Below are positions 42,725 through 54,431 of a stretch of 64,000 bases of DNA, in pieces. The first letter of the stretch is position 1. Every line of letters begins with the position of its first letter. The notes below the pieces were generated by a model. The model did no database searches and was not told the DNA's origin. It worked only from the letters and a program-made list of their open reading frames with translations. This stretch comes from Dermatophilaceae bacterium (lineage in GTDB: Bacteria; Actinomycetota; Actinomycetes; Actinomycetales; Dermatophilaceae), in assembly GCA_037045045.1 (NCBI GenBank), contig JBAOHL010000007.1:241950-305949 (forward strand), written 5' to 3'. A program made the position numbers and the translations under genes.

Positions 42725-43828
42725 GTGGCCCTCACCATCGGCATCGTCGGTCTGCCCAACGTCGGCAAGTCCACGCTCTTCAACGCCCTGACCAACAACG
42801 ACGTCCTCGCGGCGAACTACCCCTTCGCGACGATCGAGCCCAATGTCGGCGTCGTCCCCCTGCCCGACCCGCGGCTGTATCGGCTCGCGGAGATCTTCGA
42901 ATCCGAGCGCATCGTGGCGGCCACGGTGTCCTTCGTCGACATCGCCGGGATCGTTCGGGGCGCCTCCCGGGGGGAGGGGCTCGGCAACACCTTCCTCGCC
43001 CACATCCGCGAGGCCGACGCGATCTGCCAGGTCGTCCGGGTCTTCGCCGACGACGACGTCGCGCACGTCGAGGGCCGGGTGTCCCCGACCTCGGACGTGG
43101 AGACCATCGAGACCGAGTTGTGTCTGGCCGACCTGCAGACCCTCGAGCGGGCCGTCCCGAGGTTGGAGAAGGAGGCGCGTCTGGCCAAGGAGCGGCGCGC
43201 GGCATACGACAACGCCGTCGCGGCCCGTGCGTGCCTGGAGGCCGGGCAGACCCTGTATGCCGGGCACGCGGCGTACGGGGTCGACCTCGCCGCCGCCCGG
43301 GAGCTGTCGCTGTTGACGACCAAGCCCTTCGTCTACGTCTTCAACGTCGATGAGGACCAGCTCGCCGACGCCGACCTCGCCGCCCGGCTGGCGGCGTCGG
43401 TGGCGCCCGCCGACAGCGTCGTGCTCGACGCCAAGCTCGAGGCCGACCTCGCCGAACTCGACGAGGCCGAGGCGCGCGAACTGCTCGAATCGGTCGGGGT
43501 GGCCGAGCCCGGGCTGCACCAGTTGGCCCGTGTCGGGTTCCACACCCTCGGGCTGGCGACCTTCCTCACCGCCGGGCCCAAGGAGTCGCGCGCCTGGACG
43601 ATCCGCCAGGGGTGGACCGCGCCCCAGGCGGCGGGCGTCATCCACACCGACTTCCAACGGGGGTTCGTCAAGGCCGAGGTGGTGTCCTTCGACGCGTTGG
43701 ACGCCGCCGGGTCGATGGCCGCGGCGCGGGCCGCCGGCAAGGTCCGCATCGAAGGCAAGGACTACGTCATGGCCGACGGCGACGTCGTGGAGTTCCGCAG
43801 CGGGCTCGCGTCCGGCGGGCGCAACTGA
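42725..43828 (+). CDS. ychF: redox-regulated ATPase YchF
   Basis: 367 aa from GTG 42725. It starts ALTIGIVGLPNVGKSTLFNALT and has a TGS-like C-terminus with DGDVVEFR. Confidence 0.95.
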   Translation: MALTIGIVGLPNVGKSTLFNALTNNDVLAANYPFATIEPNVGVVPLPDPRLYRLAEIFESERIVAATVSFVDIAGIVRGASRGEGLGNTFLAHIREADAICQVVRVFADDDVAHVEGRVSPTSDVETIETELCLADLQTLERAVPRLEKEARLAKERRAAYDNAVAARACLEAGQTLYAGHAAYGVDLAAARELSLLTTKPFVYVFNVDEDQLADADLAARLAASVAPADSVVLDAKLEADLAELDEAEARELLESVGVAEPGLHQLARVGFHTLGLATFLTAGPKESRAWTIRQGWTAPQAAGVIHTDFQRGFVKAEVVSFDALDAAGSMAAARAAGKVRIEGKDYVMADGDVVEFRSGLASGGRN

Positions 43829-43928
43829 GCACGCCCACTCACCTCGGCCGGGAAACCCCGAACTTCGCCGGGGAGAGCTTGCTGCTCTGTCAAACTAGGT
43901 CGTCCATGTCCGAAGGAGCCCGCACCTC

Positions 43929-45422
43929 GTGTCGTCCTCGCCCGCGGAGCTAGTGCCGACTGGCCCGCAGATGTCTGCGGTCGAGCGGTGGGCGTTCGCG
44001 GCCGGCGACTGCTTCGGCGGTGGCGCGGCGGCGACCATCGCCGTGCTCTACCTCTTCTACCTCACCGACATCCTCGGCATGGCCCCGGGGATGGCCGGCA
44101 TGACGATCCTCGTCTCGAAGATCTGGGACGCCCTCAACCACCCGCTCATGGGGCTCATCACCGACCGTACCCGCACCAAGTGGGGGCGGCGCCGGCCGTG
44201 GATCCTCGGGGGAGCCGTGCTCATCCCGCCGGGGATGGCGGCGCTCTGGGCGCCGATCGGGGACTGGAACGACGGCGCCAAGCTCTGGTTCGTCATCATC
44301 GCCCACCTGGCCTGGACGACTATCGCGAGCATCGTCGCCGTCCCGTACGCCTCGCTCAGCGCCGAGGTGACGACCTATCCGGCCGAACGGAACCGGGTCA
44401 ACGTCATGCGCCTGGCATTCGCGACCCTCTCCGGAGCAGGCTCGACGCTGGTCATGTCGATCCTCGTCGCCGACTTCAAGGCCGGCTCGCTGACCATCAC
44501 CCAGCTCTACCTCAGTCTCATCTTCGGCTTCGGGTTGTTCTTCGCGGTGCCGTTGCTCGGGGTGGCGCTGCACACCCATGAGCGAGCGCCCATCCCCGGG
44601 CACCTCGAGAAGCTGTCCGTCAAGGCCGTCGTGGCGCCCCTGCGCCTGCGGTCCTTCCGGTATCTCACGGTGATGTATCTCTGCCCGGCCATCAGCATCG
44701 ACATCGTCACCGCGGTCATCCTCTACTACGCCCTGTATGCCGTTCCCGGCCTTCGGTCGGTGACCTTCCTCGCGGTGTTCGTCGCCGTGACCCTGACGAT
44801 GTTCCCCATCCTCATCCGCCTGGTGGGCCGGGTCAGCAAGAACGTCATCTACTATCGAGCCCTGCCGCTGAGCATCGCGGCCATGTGCGTCATCGCCCTG
44901 TACCCGCCGCACCTGCCGCACTGGCCGGTCTACGTCCTCGCCGGAGTGTTGGCAGTGGGCCTCGGGGCCGCCCAGATCACGGTGTGGGTGATGTTCCCCG
45001 ACGTCGTGGACGATGGCGAACTGCGGCTGGGGTCCCGAGACGCCGGTGCCTTCAGTGGGCTGCTCGTCCTCGTTCGCGCGCTGGCCTCGGCGCTGGCCAT
45101 CCAGATCCTCAGCCTGGTGCTGGAACTCACCGGATACCAACAGTCTCGCCATGGGCAGTTCGGCGCGGTGCAGCCGCCCTCGGCGATCTGGGGGATCCGG
45201 CTGTCGATGATGCTGTCCGTCGCGGTGTTCATGGGCATCGGCTACCTCGTGGCCCGGCGCTACCCGTTGACCAAGTCGGCCGTCGCCCAGTTGCACGACG
45301 ACCTCGAGCGCGCCCGTGAGGAGCGCGATGTCGTGGAAGCCGAGGGGACTCACCGCTCTGCCCATCACGACGCGGCAGGCGCCGGCACGCCGGGGCCGGA
45401 CACCGCGGCGGACGGAGCCTGA
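43929..45422 (+). CDS. MFS transporter, glycoside-pentoside-hexuronide (GPH) cation symporter family
   Basis: 497 aa from GTG 43929 after GAAGGAG. Contains the GPH signature region SKIWDALNHPLMGLITDRTRTKWGRRRPW and about 12 hydrophobic segments. Confidence 0.85.
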   Translation: MSSSPAELVPTGPQMSAVERWAFAAGDCFGGGAAATIAVLYLFYLTDILGMAPGMAGMTILVSKIWDALNHPLMGLITDRTRTKWGRRRPWILGGAVLIPPGMAALWAPIGDWNDGAKLWFVIIAHLAWTTIASIVAVPYASLSAEVTTYPAERNRVNVMRLAFATLSGAGSTLVMSILVADFKAGSLTITQLYLSLIFGFGLFFAVPLLGVALHTHERAPIPGHLEKLSVKAVVAPLRLRSFRYLTVMYLCPAISIDIVTAVILYYALYAVPGLRSVTFLAVFVAVTLTMFPILIRLVGRVSKNVIYYRALPLSIAAMCVIALYPPHLPHWPVYVLAGVLAVGLGAAQITVWVMFPDVVDDGELRLGSRDAGAFSGLLVLVRALASALAIQILSLVLELTGYQQSRHGQFGAVQPPSAIWGIRLSMMLSVAVFMGIGYLVARRYPLTKSAVAQLHDDLERAREERDVVEAEGTHRSAHHDAAGAGTPGPDTAADGA

Positions 45423-45540
45423 GCCTGCGCCGGCGTGGCGGGCCGGTAAAGCGCCGGGTGGGCCGCCACTCGGTCCTACTCTCCAAGAGTCAGGGCCGGG
45501 CCCGGCGTGGGCGCGGACCGCTTCGTCGGAAGGACCCCGA

Positions 45541-45723
45541 ATGGCTGGGAAGTTCGAGCTCTACAAGGACAAGGCCGGCAAGTTCCGGTTCCGCCTCAAG
45601 GCAAGCAACGGCCAGGTCATTGCCACGGGGGAGGCGTACGAGACGAAGAAGAGCGCACTCAACGGCATCGACTCGATCCGGCGCAACGCCCCCGACGCGT
45701 CGCTCGACGACCAGACGGCCTGA
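45541..45723 (+). CDS. YegP-family (DUF1508) small protein
   Basis: ATG 45541, encoding MAGKFELYKDKAGKFRFRLKASNGQVIATGEAYETKKSALNGIDSIRRNA; 60 aa with a single DUF1508 repeat. Confidence 0.8.
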   Translation: MAGKFELYKDKAGKFRFRLKASNGQVIATGEAYETKKSALNGIDSIRRNAPDASLDDQTA

Positions 45724-45746
45724 CGCCGGCCACGTCGACGGCCGCG

Positions 45747-45786
45747 CGATGAACCCGACCCGGACCCGGCCGGGTCGGGTTCATCG
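45747..45786 (+). terminator. perfect 17-bp stem, 6-nt loop hairpin downstream of the yegP-like gene
   Basis: cgatgaacccgacccgg (45747-45763) pairs with ccgggtcgggttcatcg (45770-45786). It begins 24 nt after the stop, and only a weak tctct follows. Confidence 0.65.
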
Positions 45787-45872
45787 TCTCTGGCTCCGAG
45801 CGGGCCTGTGGCCGGCGCTCGCCAGCCGGACGTGGCTGCCGCGGCCCGGAGCCCGCGGCATACCCTCGGGCA

Positions 45873-46877
45873 ATGGACCTCACCGGCCGGCATTTCGTCA
45901 AGGAGATCGACCTCTCGCCCGCCGAATGGATCGGTCTCGTCGACCTCACGGCCGAGCTCAAGGCGGCCCGTCGGGACGGACGCGAGGCACGTGTCCTCGT
46001 CGGCAAGACGATCGCGTTGATCTTCGAGAAGACCTCGACCCGCACCCGCTGTGCCTTCGAGGTCGCGGCATACCACCTCGGTGCCGAGCTGACGTATCTC
46101 GACCCCAGCGGCAGCCAACTCGGGCACAAGGAATCGGCGAAGGACACCGCCCGGGTGCTCGGGCGGCTGTACGACGGGATCGAGTTCCGGGGGTCGGATC
46201 ACCGCGAGGTCGAGACCCTGGCGGAGTATGCCGGGGTGCCGGTCTACAACGGCCTCACCGACATGTGGCACCCCACCCAGTCGCTGTGCGACGTCGTGAC
46301 GATGGGGGAGCATTGCGCGAAGCCCCTGAGCGAGGTCGCCTTCGCCTACGTCGGCGATGCCCGGTACAACATGGGCAACTCGCTGCTTGTCGCCGGGGCC
46401 ATGTCGGGGATGGATACCCGCATCGTCGCCCCCCAGTCGCTCTGGCCGACCGGCGAGGTGCTCGCCCACGCGCGGGAGTCGGCCCGTCGCACGGGTGCGC
46501 GGATCACCGTCACCGACGACCTCGACGCGGGGGTGGCCGGGGTGGACTTCGTGCACACCGATGTCTGGGTGTCGATGGGCGAACCCGAGGACGTCTGGGC
46601 CGAACGCATTGGCCAACTCACCCCGTACCAGGTGACCACCGAGGTCCTGGCCGCCAGCGGCAATCCGCAGGTCAAGTTCATGCACTGCTTGCCTTCGTTC
46701 CACAACCGTGAGACGGCGGTGGGGGAGCGGATCTTCCGGGAGTTCGGCCTGTCGGCCATGGAGGTCACCGACGAGGTCTTCGAATCCGCGGCGTCGATCG
46801 TCTTCGACCAAAGCGAGAACCGGATGCACACCATCAAGGCCGTGCTCGCGGCGACCCTCGCCGGCGCCTCGGTCTGA
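45873..46877 (+). CDS. argF: ornithine carbamoyltransferase (long ArgI/ArcB-like form)
   Basis: 334 aa with [13 protein letters not shown], the HKES context, DVWVSMGE and HCLPSFHN motifs. No other arg or arc genes are nearby. Confidence 0.88.
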   Translation: MDLTGRHFVKEIDLSPAEWIGLVDLTAELKAARRDGREARVLVGKTIALIFEKTSTRTRCAFEVAAYHLGAELTYLDPSGSQLGHKESAKDTARVLGRLYDGIEFRGSDHREVETLAEYAGVPVYNGLTDMWHPTQSLCDVVTMGEHCAKPLSEVAFAYVGDARYNMGNSLLVAGAMSGMDTRIVAPQSLWPTGEVLAHARESARRTGARITVTDDLDAGVAGVDFVHTDVWVSMGEPEDVWAERIGQLTPYQVTTEVLAASGNPQVKFMHCLPSFHNRETAVGERIFREFGLSAMEVTDEVFESAASIVFDQSENRMHTIKAVLAATLAGASV

Positions 46878-46883
46878 CACGGT

Positions 46884-47040
46884 GGGCCCGTCGGGGCCGT
46901 CGGGGCCGTCGTGGCCGTCGTGGCCCGTCGTGCCAGTCGTGGCCCGTCGTGCCAGTCGTGGCTCGTCGTGCCAGCCGGGGCCGTCGTGGCAGTTCTGCCA
47001 CGTCCTGGCAGGTCCGACGCGTCCTGGCAGGTCCGACCTG
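46884..47040. repeat. compound intergenic minisatellite made of 9-10-nt units, a 19-nt unit x3, a 16-bp palindrome and a second 19-nt unit x2
   Basis: About 11 contiguous units of (g/t)ggcc(c)gtcg or tgccagtcg span roughly 46884-46986. These include tggcccgtcgtgccagtcg at 46921-46939 and 46940-46958, with a variant at 46959-46977. The palindrome gtggcagttctgccac is at 46986-47001, and cgtcctggcaggtccgac occurs at 47001-47018 and 47020-47037. Confidence 0.9.
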
Positions 47041-47094
47041 CCCCGATACGACGCAACTGCCACACCATTGCGAGTCGGGCCGGCGTCGGAGCAC

Positions 47095-47811
47095 CTACAG
47101 GGAGCGCCCGACCAGCGCTCCGATCCCGTAGGTCAGGGTCATCGCCAGCCAACCGCCGACGACGTTGCGAGCCACCGGACGGCGCCATCCGGACCCGCCG
47201 AGTCGAGCGCTGAGGACCCCGGTCAGCGCGAGGGCGCCGACGACGCCGGCCACCGTCGCCGGGAGCCGGATCGACTCCGGGACCAGCGTGATGACCAAGA
47301 GCGGCAAGACCGCTCCGAGCGCGAAGGACACGACCGAGGCGAGGGCCGCTTGCCATGGGCTGGTGAGGTTCTCCGGGTCGATCTGTAACTCGACCTCGGC
47401 GTGCGCGGCCAGCGCATCGTGTGCGGTGAGTTCGACGGCTACCCGGTGGGCGAGGTCGGGCGTCAGGCCCTTGCCCTGGTAGATCGCGGTGAGCTCGGCC
47501 AGCTCCGCTTCGGGCATCTCGGCCAGTTCGCGACGTTCCTTGTGCAACAGGGCGCGTTCGGTGTCGCGTTGGGTGCTCACCGACACGTACTCGCCGACGC
47601 CCATCGAGAAGGCGCCGGCGCTGAGCCCCGCGATGCCGGCGGTGAGGACGGCGGTGCGGTCGGTCGTCGCGCCGGCCACCCCGACGACGAGCCCGGCCAC
47701 CGAGACGATGCCGTCGTTGGCGCCGAGGACAGCGGCACGCAACGCGTTGAGTCTGCTGCCGTGCGAGCCGGTATGCCGTTCGCCGCGGTGTCTCGGATCC
47801 GCCACCCGCAC
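47095..47811 (-). CDS. VIT1/CCC1-family (vacuolar iron transporter-like) membrane protein
   Basis: LRAAVLGANDGIVSVAGLVVGVAGA and GEYVSVSTQRD motifs are present. GTG start at 47811 or 47805, within track ORF 47095-48219. Confidence 0.82.
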   Translation of the reverse strand: MRVADPRHRGERHTGSHGSRLNALRAAVLGANDGIVSVAGLVVGVAGATTDRTAVLTAGIAGLSAGAFSMGVGEYVSVSTQRDTERALLHKERRELAEMPEAELAELTAIYQGKGLTPDLAHRVAVELTAHDALAAHAEVELQIDPENLTSPWQAALASVVSFALGAVLPLLVITLVPESIRLPATVAGVVGALALTGVLSARLGGSGWRRPVARNVVGGWLAMTLTYGIGALVGRSL

Positions 47812-47875
47812 AGCGTGCCATGTCCCCGGGCTCGTCCCGGTCGGGGTCTCGCCGCTGTTCTGCCACCCTGGTGAC

Positions 47876-48316
47876 GTGGACGCACCGAATCGGCTGGTCG
47901 TCGGTGCCGCCCTCGTCGACCGGCTCGAGCGGCCGAGTCGGGTGCTGGCCGCCCGGCGCGTCTCCCCGCCGGAACACGCCGGTGGCTGGGAGTTGCCCGG
48001 CGGCAAGGTCGAGCCGGGGGAGTTGCCCCGCGAGGCCCTGGTCCGCGAGCTCGCCGAGGAACTCGGCGTGACCATCGTCGTCGGCGACCCCGTCCTCGGC
48101 CCGGGTCCAGACAGCTCCTGGCCGTTGGGCCGCGGTCTGCGGATGCTCGTCTGGCTCGCCGAGGTGCGCGACGGCATACCGGCTCCGGGGCCGGACCACG
48201 ACGCGGTGCGCTGGCTCACCGCCGAGGACCGGTATGCCGTGTCGTGGCTTCCCGGCGACCTCCCCGTCGTCGAGGCGGTGGCCAGTCGGCTGGTCGGGGA
48301 CGCCGCCGGACCCTGA
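47876..48316 (+). CDS. NUDIX hydrolase (MutT-like)
   Basis: GTG 47876. Nudix box [24 protein letters not shown]; 146 aa. Confidence 0.85.
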   Translation: MDAPNRLVVGAALVDRLERPSRVLAARRVSPPEHAGGWELPGGKVEPGELPREALVRELAEELGVTIVVGDPVLGPGPDSSWPLGRGLRMLVWLAEVRDGIPAPGPDHDAVRWLTAEDRYAVSWLPGDLPVVEAVASRLVGDAAGP

Positions 48317-48329
48317 GAGACTGGGCGTC

Positions 48330-50240
<1,911 letters not shown>

Positions 50241-50484
50241 CCTCGGGTGGTACCCCGGCCGCGTGGGGGGTTCGCGGTGGTTGGCGGTGCGGTTGAGCCG
50301 CTCGGGACCGCAAGAAGTCCGGTCCCGGGCCGGCCTTGACGGACAACCCCGTGGCTCACGCGTCGGTAACGATTCGCCAACCATGCTCGTGCAGGCGGTT
50401 GGAGGCCCGGGGGGCCTGTGGCAAGGTATGCCAGGTGTGCAGGGCGCGACGACCTCGTCGACGCTCTGAGAAAGGGCGGGACGC

Positions 50485-51489
50485 GTGACACTGACGCCCA
50501 CGTCATCGCCGGTCGAGCCGGCGACAGTGGAAGCAGCGGCTCCGGTCAAGGGCATCGAAGGGCTCTCGCTCGGTCGGCTGGCGTTGCGCCGCCTGCGCAA
50601 GGACCGACTGACCATGGTTTCCGTCGTCATCGTCGCCGTGTTCCTCCTGCTGGCGCTGTCGGCGCCGATCCTCACCGCGACGAAGATCCTCGACCCGGAG
50701 AGCTTCCACAACGACCTCATTGACGTTCCCTCCGGCGGTCTGCCCATAGGGTCCTTCGGCGGGATGAGCTGGTCGCACCCGCTGGGCGTCGAGCCGGGGA
50801 CCGGTCGTGACGTCCTCTCGCGCCTCGTGCTCGGGGTGACCTTCTCGCTCATGGTCGCCCTGCTCGCGACGGTCGTCGCAGTCGTCCTCGGGACCGTGGC
50901 GGGCATCGTCTCGGGCTTCCTCGGCGGCTGGGTCGACTTCGTCATCAGCCGGATCGTCGACATGACGCTGTCTTTCCCGCAGACCCTCATGCTCATCGCG
51001 CTGTCGGGGATGTTCATCGACCAGTTGACCGAGCGGTTCAAGGTGCCCGCCGGCAACATGGCGAACGGGGTCTACATCATCCTCGTGCTCGGGTTGTTCG
51101 GGTGGCCGTCGTTCGCCCGACTGATCCGCGGGCAGGTGCTCTCGCAGCGGGAACGCGAGTACGTCGAGGCGGCTCGCAGCCTGGGCGCGCGCAACTCCCG
51201 GATCTACTTCAAGGAACTGCTGCCCAACCTCTGGGCGCCGGTCCTCGTCTACTTCACGCTCACCCTGCCGCTGTACATCTCGGCGGAGGCGGCCCTGTCC
51301 TTCCTCGGCGTCGGCATCAAACCGCCGACCCCGACGTTGGGCAACATCCTCACGAACTCGACGAACTACTCGATCGGCGACTTCACCTACTTCTTCTTCC
51401 CGGCCGCGATCATCGCCGGCCTGGTGCTGAGCTTCAACCTGCTGGGCGACGGTTTGCGCGACGCCCTCGACCCGAAGGCGAACCGATGA
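50485..51489 (+). CDS. peptide/nickel ABC transporter permease (OppC/DppC-like)
   Basis: 334 aa. It has an N-terminal OppC-type segment and the EAA-loop region YVEAARSLGARNSRIYFKELLPN. Confidence 0.88.
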   Translation: MTLTPTSSPVEPATVEAAAPVKGIEGLSLGRLALRRLRKDRLTMVSVVIVAVFLLLALSAPILTATKILDPESFHNDLIDVPSGGLPIGSFGGMSWSHPLGVEPGTGRDVLSRLVLGVTFSLMVALLATVVAVVLGTVAGIVSGFLGGWVDFVISRIVDMTLSFPQTLMLIALSGMFIDQLTERFKVPAGNMANGVYIILVLGLFGWPSFARLIRGQVLSQREREYVEAARSLGARNSRIYFKELLPNLWAPVLVYFTLTLPLYISAEAALSFLGVGIKPPTPTLGNILTNSTNYSIGDFTYFFFPAAIIAGLVLSFNLLGDGLRDALDPKANR

Positions 51490-51574
51490 CGGCTCGCTCG
51501 ACCGACTCCCTGCGGCGAACCGGCCGCCGGGCGTTGCCTCGCTGCGGCGATGCGACACACACGAAGGAGAGTGC

Positions 51575-53302
51575 ATGACCAAGAAGACGAAGGCGGTAGG
51601 CGCCGTCGCGGCAGCGACGATCGTCGCCCTGCCGCTGGCCGCCTGCTCGAGCGGGGGAAGCACCACGGGCTCGACCAGCTCCGCCGCGGCCGGGACCAAG
51701 GGTGGGACGCTGTACTACCTCACCAAGCGCCCCGCCGAGCACCTGGACCCCCAGCGGATGTACATCGGCCGGGACCTCTCGAACATGGGCCGCATGGTCT
51801 ATCGCAGCCTCGTGCAGTTCCCGGTCACCGAGGACGCCAAGCGGGCCTCGACGCCGGTCCCAGACCTGGCCACCGACACCGGCAAGTCCGAGAACGGCGG
51901 CAAGCAGTGGTCCTTCACCCTCAAGGACGGCGTGAAGTGGCAGGACGGTAAGGACATCACCTGCGAGGACCTCCGGTACGGCTTCTCGCGCTCGTTCGCC
52001 ACGGACGTCATCAAGGGTGGCCCGAACTACCAGCTCGGCTACCTCGACGTGCCGCAGAAGGACGGCGCGGCGACCTACAACGGCCCGTACAAGAAGGACG
52101 GTCAGGCCGACTTCGACAAGGCAGTCACGTGCAGCGGCAAGACCATCACCTACCGGTTCAACAAGCCGTGGCCGGACTTCGCCCTGGCCATCGCCGCGCT
52201 GCGGGTCTTCGACCCGTACCGCGCCGATCAGGACAAGGGTGACCAGTCCAACTACGCCGTCTTCGCCAACGGCCCGTACAAGCTCGACGGCGTCTGGACG
52301 AAGGGCACCGGCGGCACGTTCGTGCGCAACGACCAGTACGACGCGAAGACCGACGGCGTACGTCAGGCGCTGCCGGACAAGATCGTCTTCACCGAGGGTC
52401 TGACCAACGAGATCATCGCCCAGCGGCTCATCGCCGACAGCGGCAACGACCAGGCCGCGGTCACCGACCGGCAAGTTCCGCCGGCGTTCTTCGCCCAGGT
52501 CACCGGCCCGGTGGCGAGCCGGGTCGTCAACCCGGTGTCGCCGTTCGTCAACTACCTGTTGCCGAACTTCAACCGGATGACCAACCCGAAGGTCCGCCAG
52601 GCCCTCATGGTGTCCACTAACCGCTCGGCCTACATCGCTGCCTTGGGTGGCGAGAAGGTGGCCACGCCGGCCAAGTCGGTCATCAGCCCGGACCTCATCG
52701 GCTACGCCGCGAACCCGAACTTCACCGCGCCGGACAGTGGCGACGTCGAGGGCGCGAAGAAGCTGCTCGCCGAGGCCGGCGTCCCGATCCCGTACCCGAT
52801 CAAGGTGACGTACAACGGCGGCACCCCCACGTCCGACAACGCGTTCGCTGCGCTGAAGGACACCTGGGACAAGGCCGGCTTCCAGGTCACCCTGGACCCG
52901 CTGACCGACACGTACTACGACATCGTCCAGAACCCGGCCAACGACAAGTCGGACGTCGTCTGGGGTGGCTGGGGCGCCGACTGGCCGTCGATCTCGACGG
53001 TCATCCCCGCCCTGTTCGACTCGCGGGTGAACATCACCGCGGACTCCAACGGCCAGGACTACGGCAACTACAAGAGCGACGCGGTCAACAAGGCCATCGA
53101 CGAGGCGGCGACCAAGGGTGACCTGGCCGCACAGGCCGCGGCCTACGTGGCGATCGACGCGACGCTGGGCAAGGACGTCGCCTACATCCCGCTCGAGGTC
53201 ACGAAGTTCTACCTGCTGCGTGGCTCGAAGGTCACCGGCTACATCAACAACCCCGCCGTGAGCATGTACCCCGAACTGGGGGCCATCGGCATCAAGCAGT
53301 AA
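51575..53302 (+). CDS. ABC transporter substrate-binding lipoprotein, family 5 (peptide/nickel)
   Basis: 575 aa with signal peptide plus lipobox ALPLAAC. Length and sequence are those of an SBP_bac_5 protein. Confidence 0.88.
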   Translation: MTKKTKAVGAVAAATIVALPLAACSSGGSTTGSTSSAAAGTKGGTLYYLTKRPAEHLDPQRMYIGRDLSNMGRMVYRSLVQFPVTEDAKRASTPVPDLATDTGKSENGGKQWSFTLKDGVKWQDGKDITCEDLRYGFSRSFATDVIKGGPNYQLGYLDVPQKDGAATYNGPYKKDGQADFDKAVTCSGKTITYRFNKPWPDFALAIAALRVFDPYRADQDKGDQSNYAVFANGPYKLDGVWTKGTGGTFVRNDQYDAKTDGVRQALPDKIVFTEGLTNEIIAQRLIADSGNDQAAVTDRQVPPAFFAQVTGPVASRVVNPVSPFVNYLLPNFNRMTNPKVRQALMVSTNRSAYIAALGGEKVATPAKSVISPDLIGYAANPNFTAPDSGDVEGAKKLLAEAGVPIPYPIKVTYNGGTPTSDNAFAALKDTWDKAGFQVTLDPLTDTYYDIVQNPANDKSDVVWGGWGADWPSISTVIPALFDSRVNITADSNGQDYGNYKSDAVNKAIDEAATKGDLAAQAAAYVAIDATLGKDVAYIPLEVTKFYLLRGSKVTGYINNPAVSMYPELGAIGIKQ

Positions 53303-53410
53303 GCACGACCGTCCTGGGGCGGCGGGTCGACATGTGTCGGCCCGTCACCCCGGGATGGATGTCCGACCGTCCGCTGTCCGAAGGGAGCAGGCCACCCGGC
53401 CGAGGAGACC

Positions 53411-54421
53411 GTGATCCCCTACATCATTCGTCGTCTCTTCTCCGGCCTCGTCTTGCTCCTCGTCATGAGCTTCGTGACGTTCGCGTTGTTCTTCTCCGGG
53501 CCTGACCCCGTGAAGTACACCTGCGGCAAGAACTGCACGCCGCAGATCCTCGAGAACAACCGCAAGGGTCTGGGCTACGACAAGCCCTTTGCCGTCCAGT
53601 GGGTCGACTTCGCCAAGGGGATCGTCCTCGGGCGGGAGTTCCCCGACGATCCGGCCCTCAAGGCCGCGGCACCCAACCTCATCGCCCGCTGCGACGCCCC
53701 GTGCCTGGGCTACTCGCCGTTGTCCAGCGCGAACGTCAGCACGGTGCTGATGAAGAAGGCGCCGGTGTCCGCGTCCCTGGCACTCGGCGCCTTCATCATG
53801 TGGATGGTCGTCGGCGTGACCGCCGGGGTCATCGCGGCGCTGCGCAAGGGCACTTTGCTCGACCGGGGCCTCGTCGGCACGACGTTGATCTTTTATGCCT
53901 TCCCGACCTTCTTCAACGGGTTGTTCATCTACAACTACTTCGCCCTGAAATGGCAACTCGTCCCGGTACCGGCATACACGCCGCCCACGGAGAGCTTCGC
54001 GCTGTGGCTGCAGGGCCTGTTCCTGCCCTGTCTCACCCTCGCCTTGTTCTACATCGCCGGCTACGTCCGGCTCACTCGCGCGTTCGTCCTCGAGTCGTTG
54101 TCCGAGGACTACCTGCGCACCGCGAAGGCCAAGGGCCTGGCGCCGCGCAAGATCCTGCTCAAACACACGATGCGGGCTGCGCTGACGCCGTTGGCGACGA
54201 TTGCCGGGCTCGACCTGGGCGGCCTGCTCGGCGGCGCGATCATTACCGAGCAGGTCTTCAACTACGACGGCCTCGGCAAACTCGCCGTCCAGTCTGCGAC
54301 CACCTACGACCTCCCGATCACGGTGGGCATCGTCGTGCTCCTCGCCTCGTTCATCATCGTCGCGAACATCGTCGTCGACGTGCTGTACGCCTTCATCGAC
54401 CCGCGCGTGAAGTACGCCTGA
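53411..54421 (+). CDS. peptide/nickel ABC transporter permease (OppB/DppB-like)
   Basis: 336 aa from GTG 53411. It starts IPYIIRRLFSGLVLLLVMSFVTFALFF and has the EAA-loop DYLRTAKAKGLAPRKILLKH. Confidence 0.9.
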   Translation: MIPYIIRRLFSGLVLLLVMSFVTFALFFSGPDPVKYTCGKNCTPQILENNRKGLGYDKPFAVQWVDFAKGIVLGREFPDDPALKAAAPNLIARCDAPCLGYSPLSSANVSTVLMKKAPVSASLALGAFIMWMVVGVTAGVIAALRKGTLLDRGLVGTTLIFYAFPTFFNGLFIYNYFALKWQLVPVPAYTPPTESFALWLQGLFLPCLTLALFYIAGYVRLTRAFVLESLSEDYLRTAKAKGLAPRKILLKHTMRAALTPLATIAGLDLGGLLGGAIITEQVFNYDGLGKLAVQSATTYDLPITVGIVVLLASFIIVANIVVDVLYAFIDPRVKYA

Positions 54422-54431
54422 GGACGGCGAC

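Noticed and set aside
46986-47001. TGGCA...TGCCA elements resembling a sigma-54 -24/-12 promoter.
   Set aside because: The spacing and the -12 element do not fit TGGCAC-N5-TTGC. Actinobacteria are not known to encode RpoN. The site lies between two convergent gene ends.
46884-47040. Possible CRISPR array, also considered for 63045-63158.
   Set aside because: The repeat units are contiguous, with no unique spacers between them. They are too short (9-19 nt) or too few (2 copies of 54 nt), and no cas genes occur in the window.
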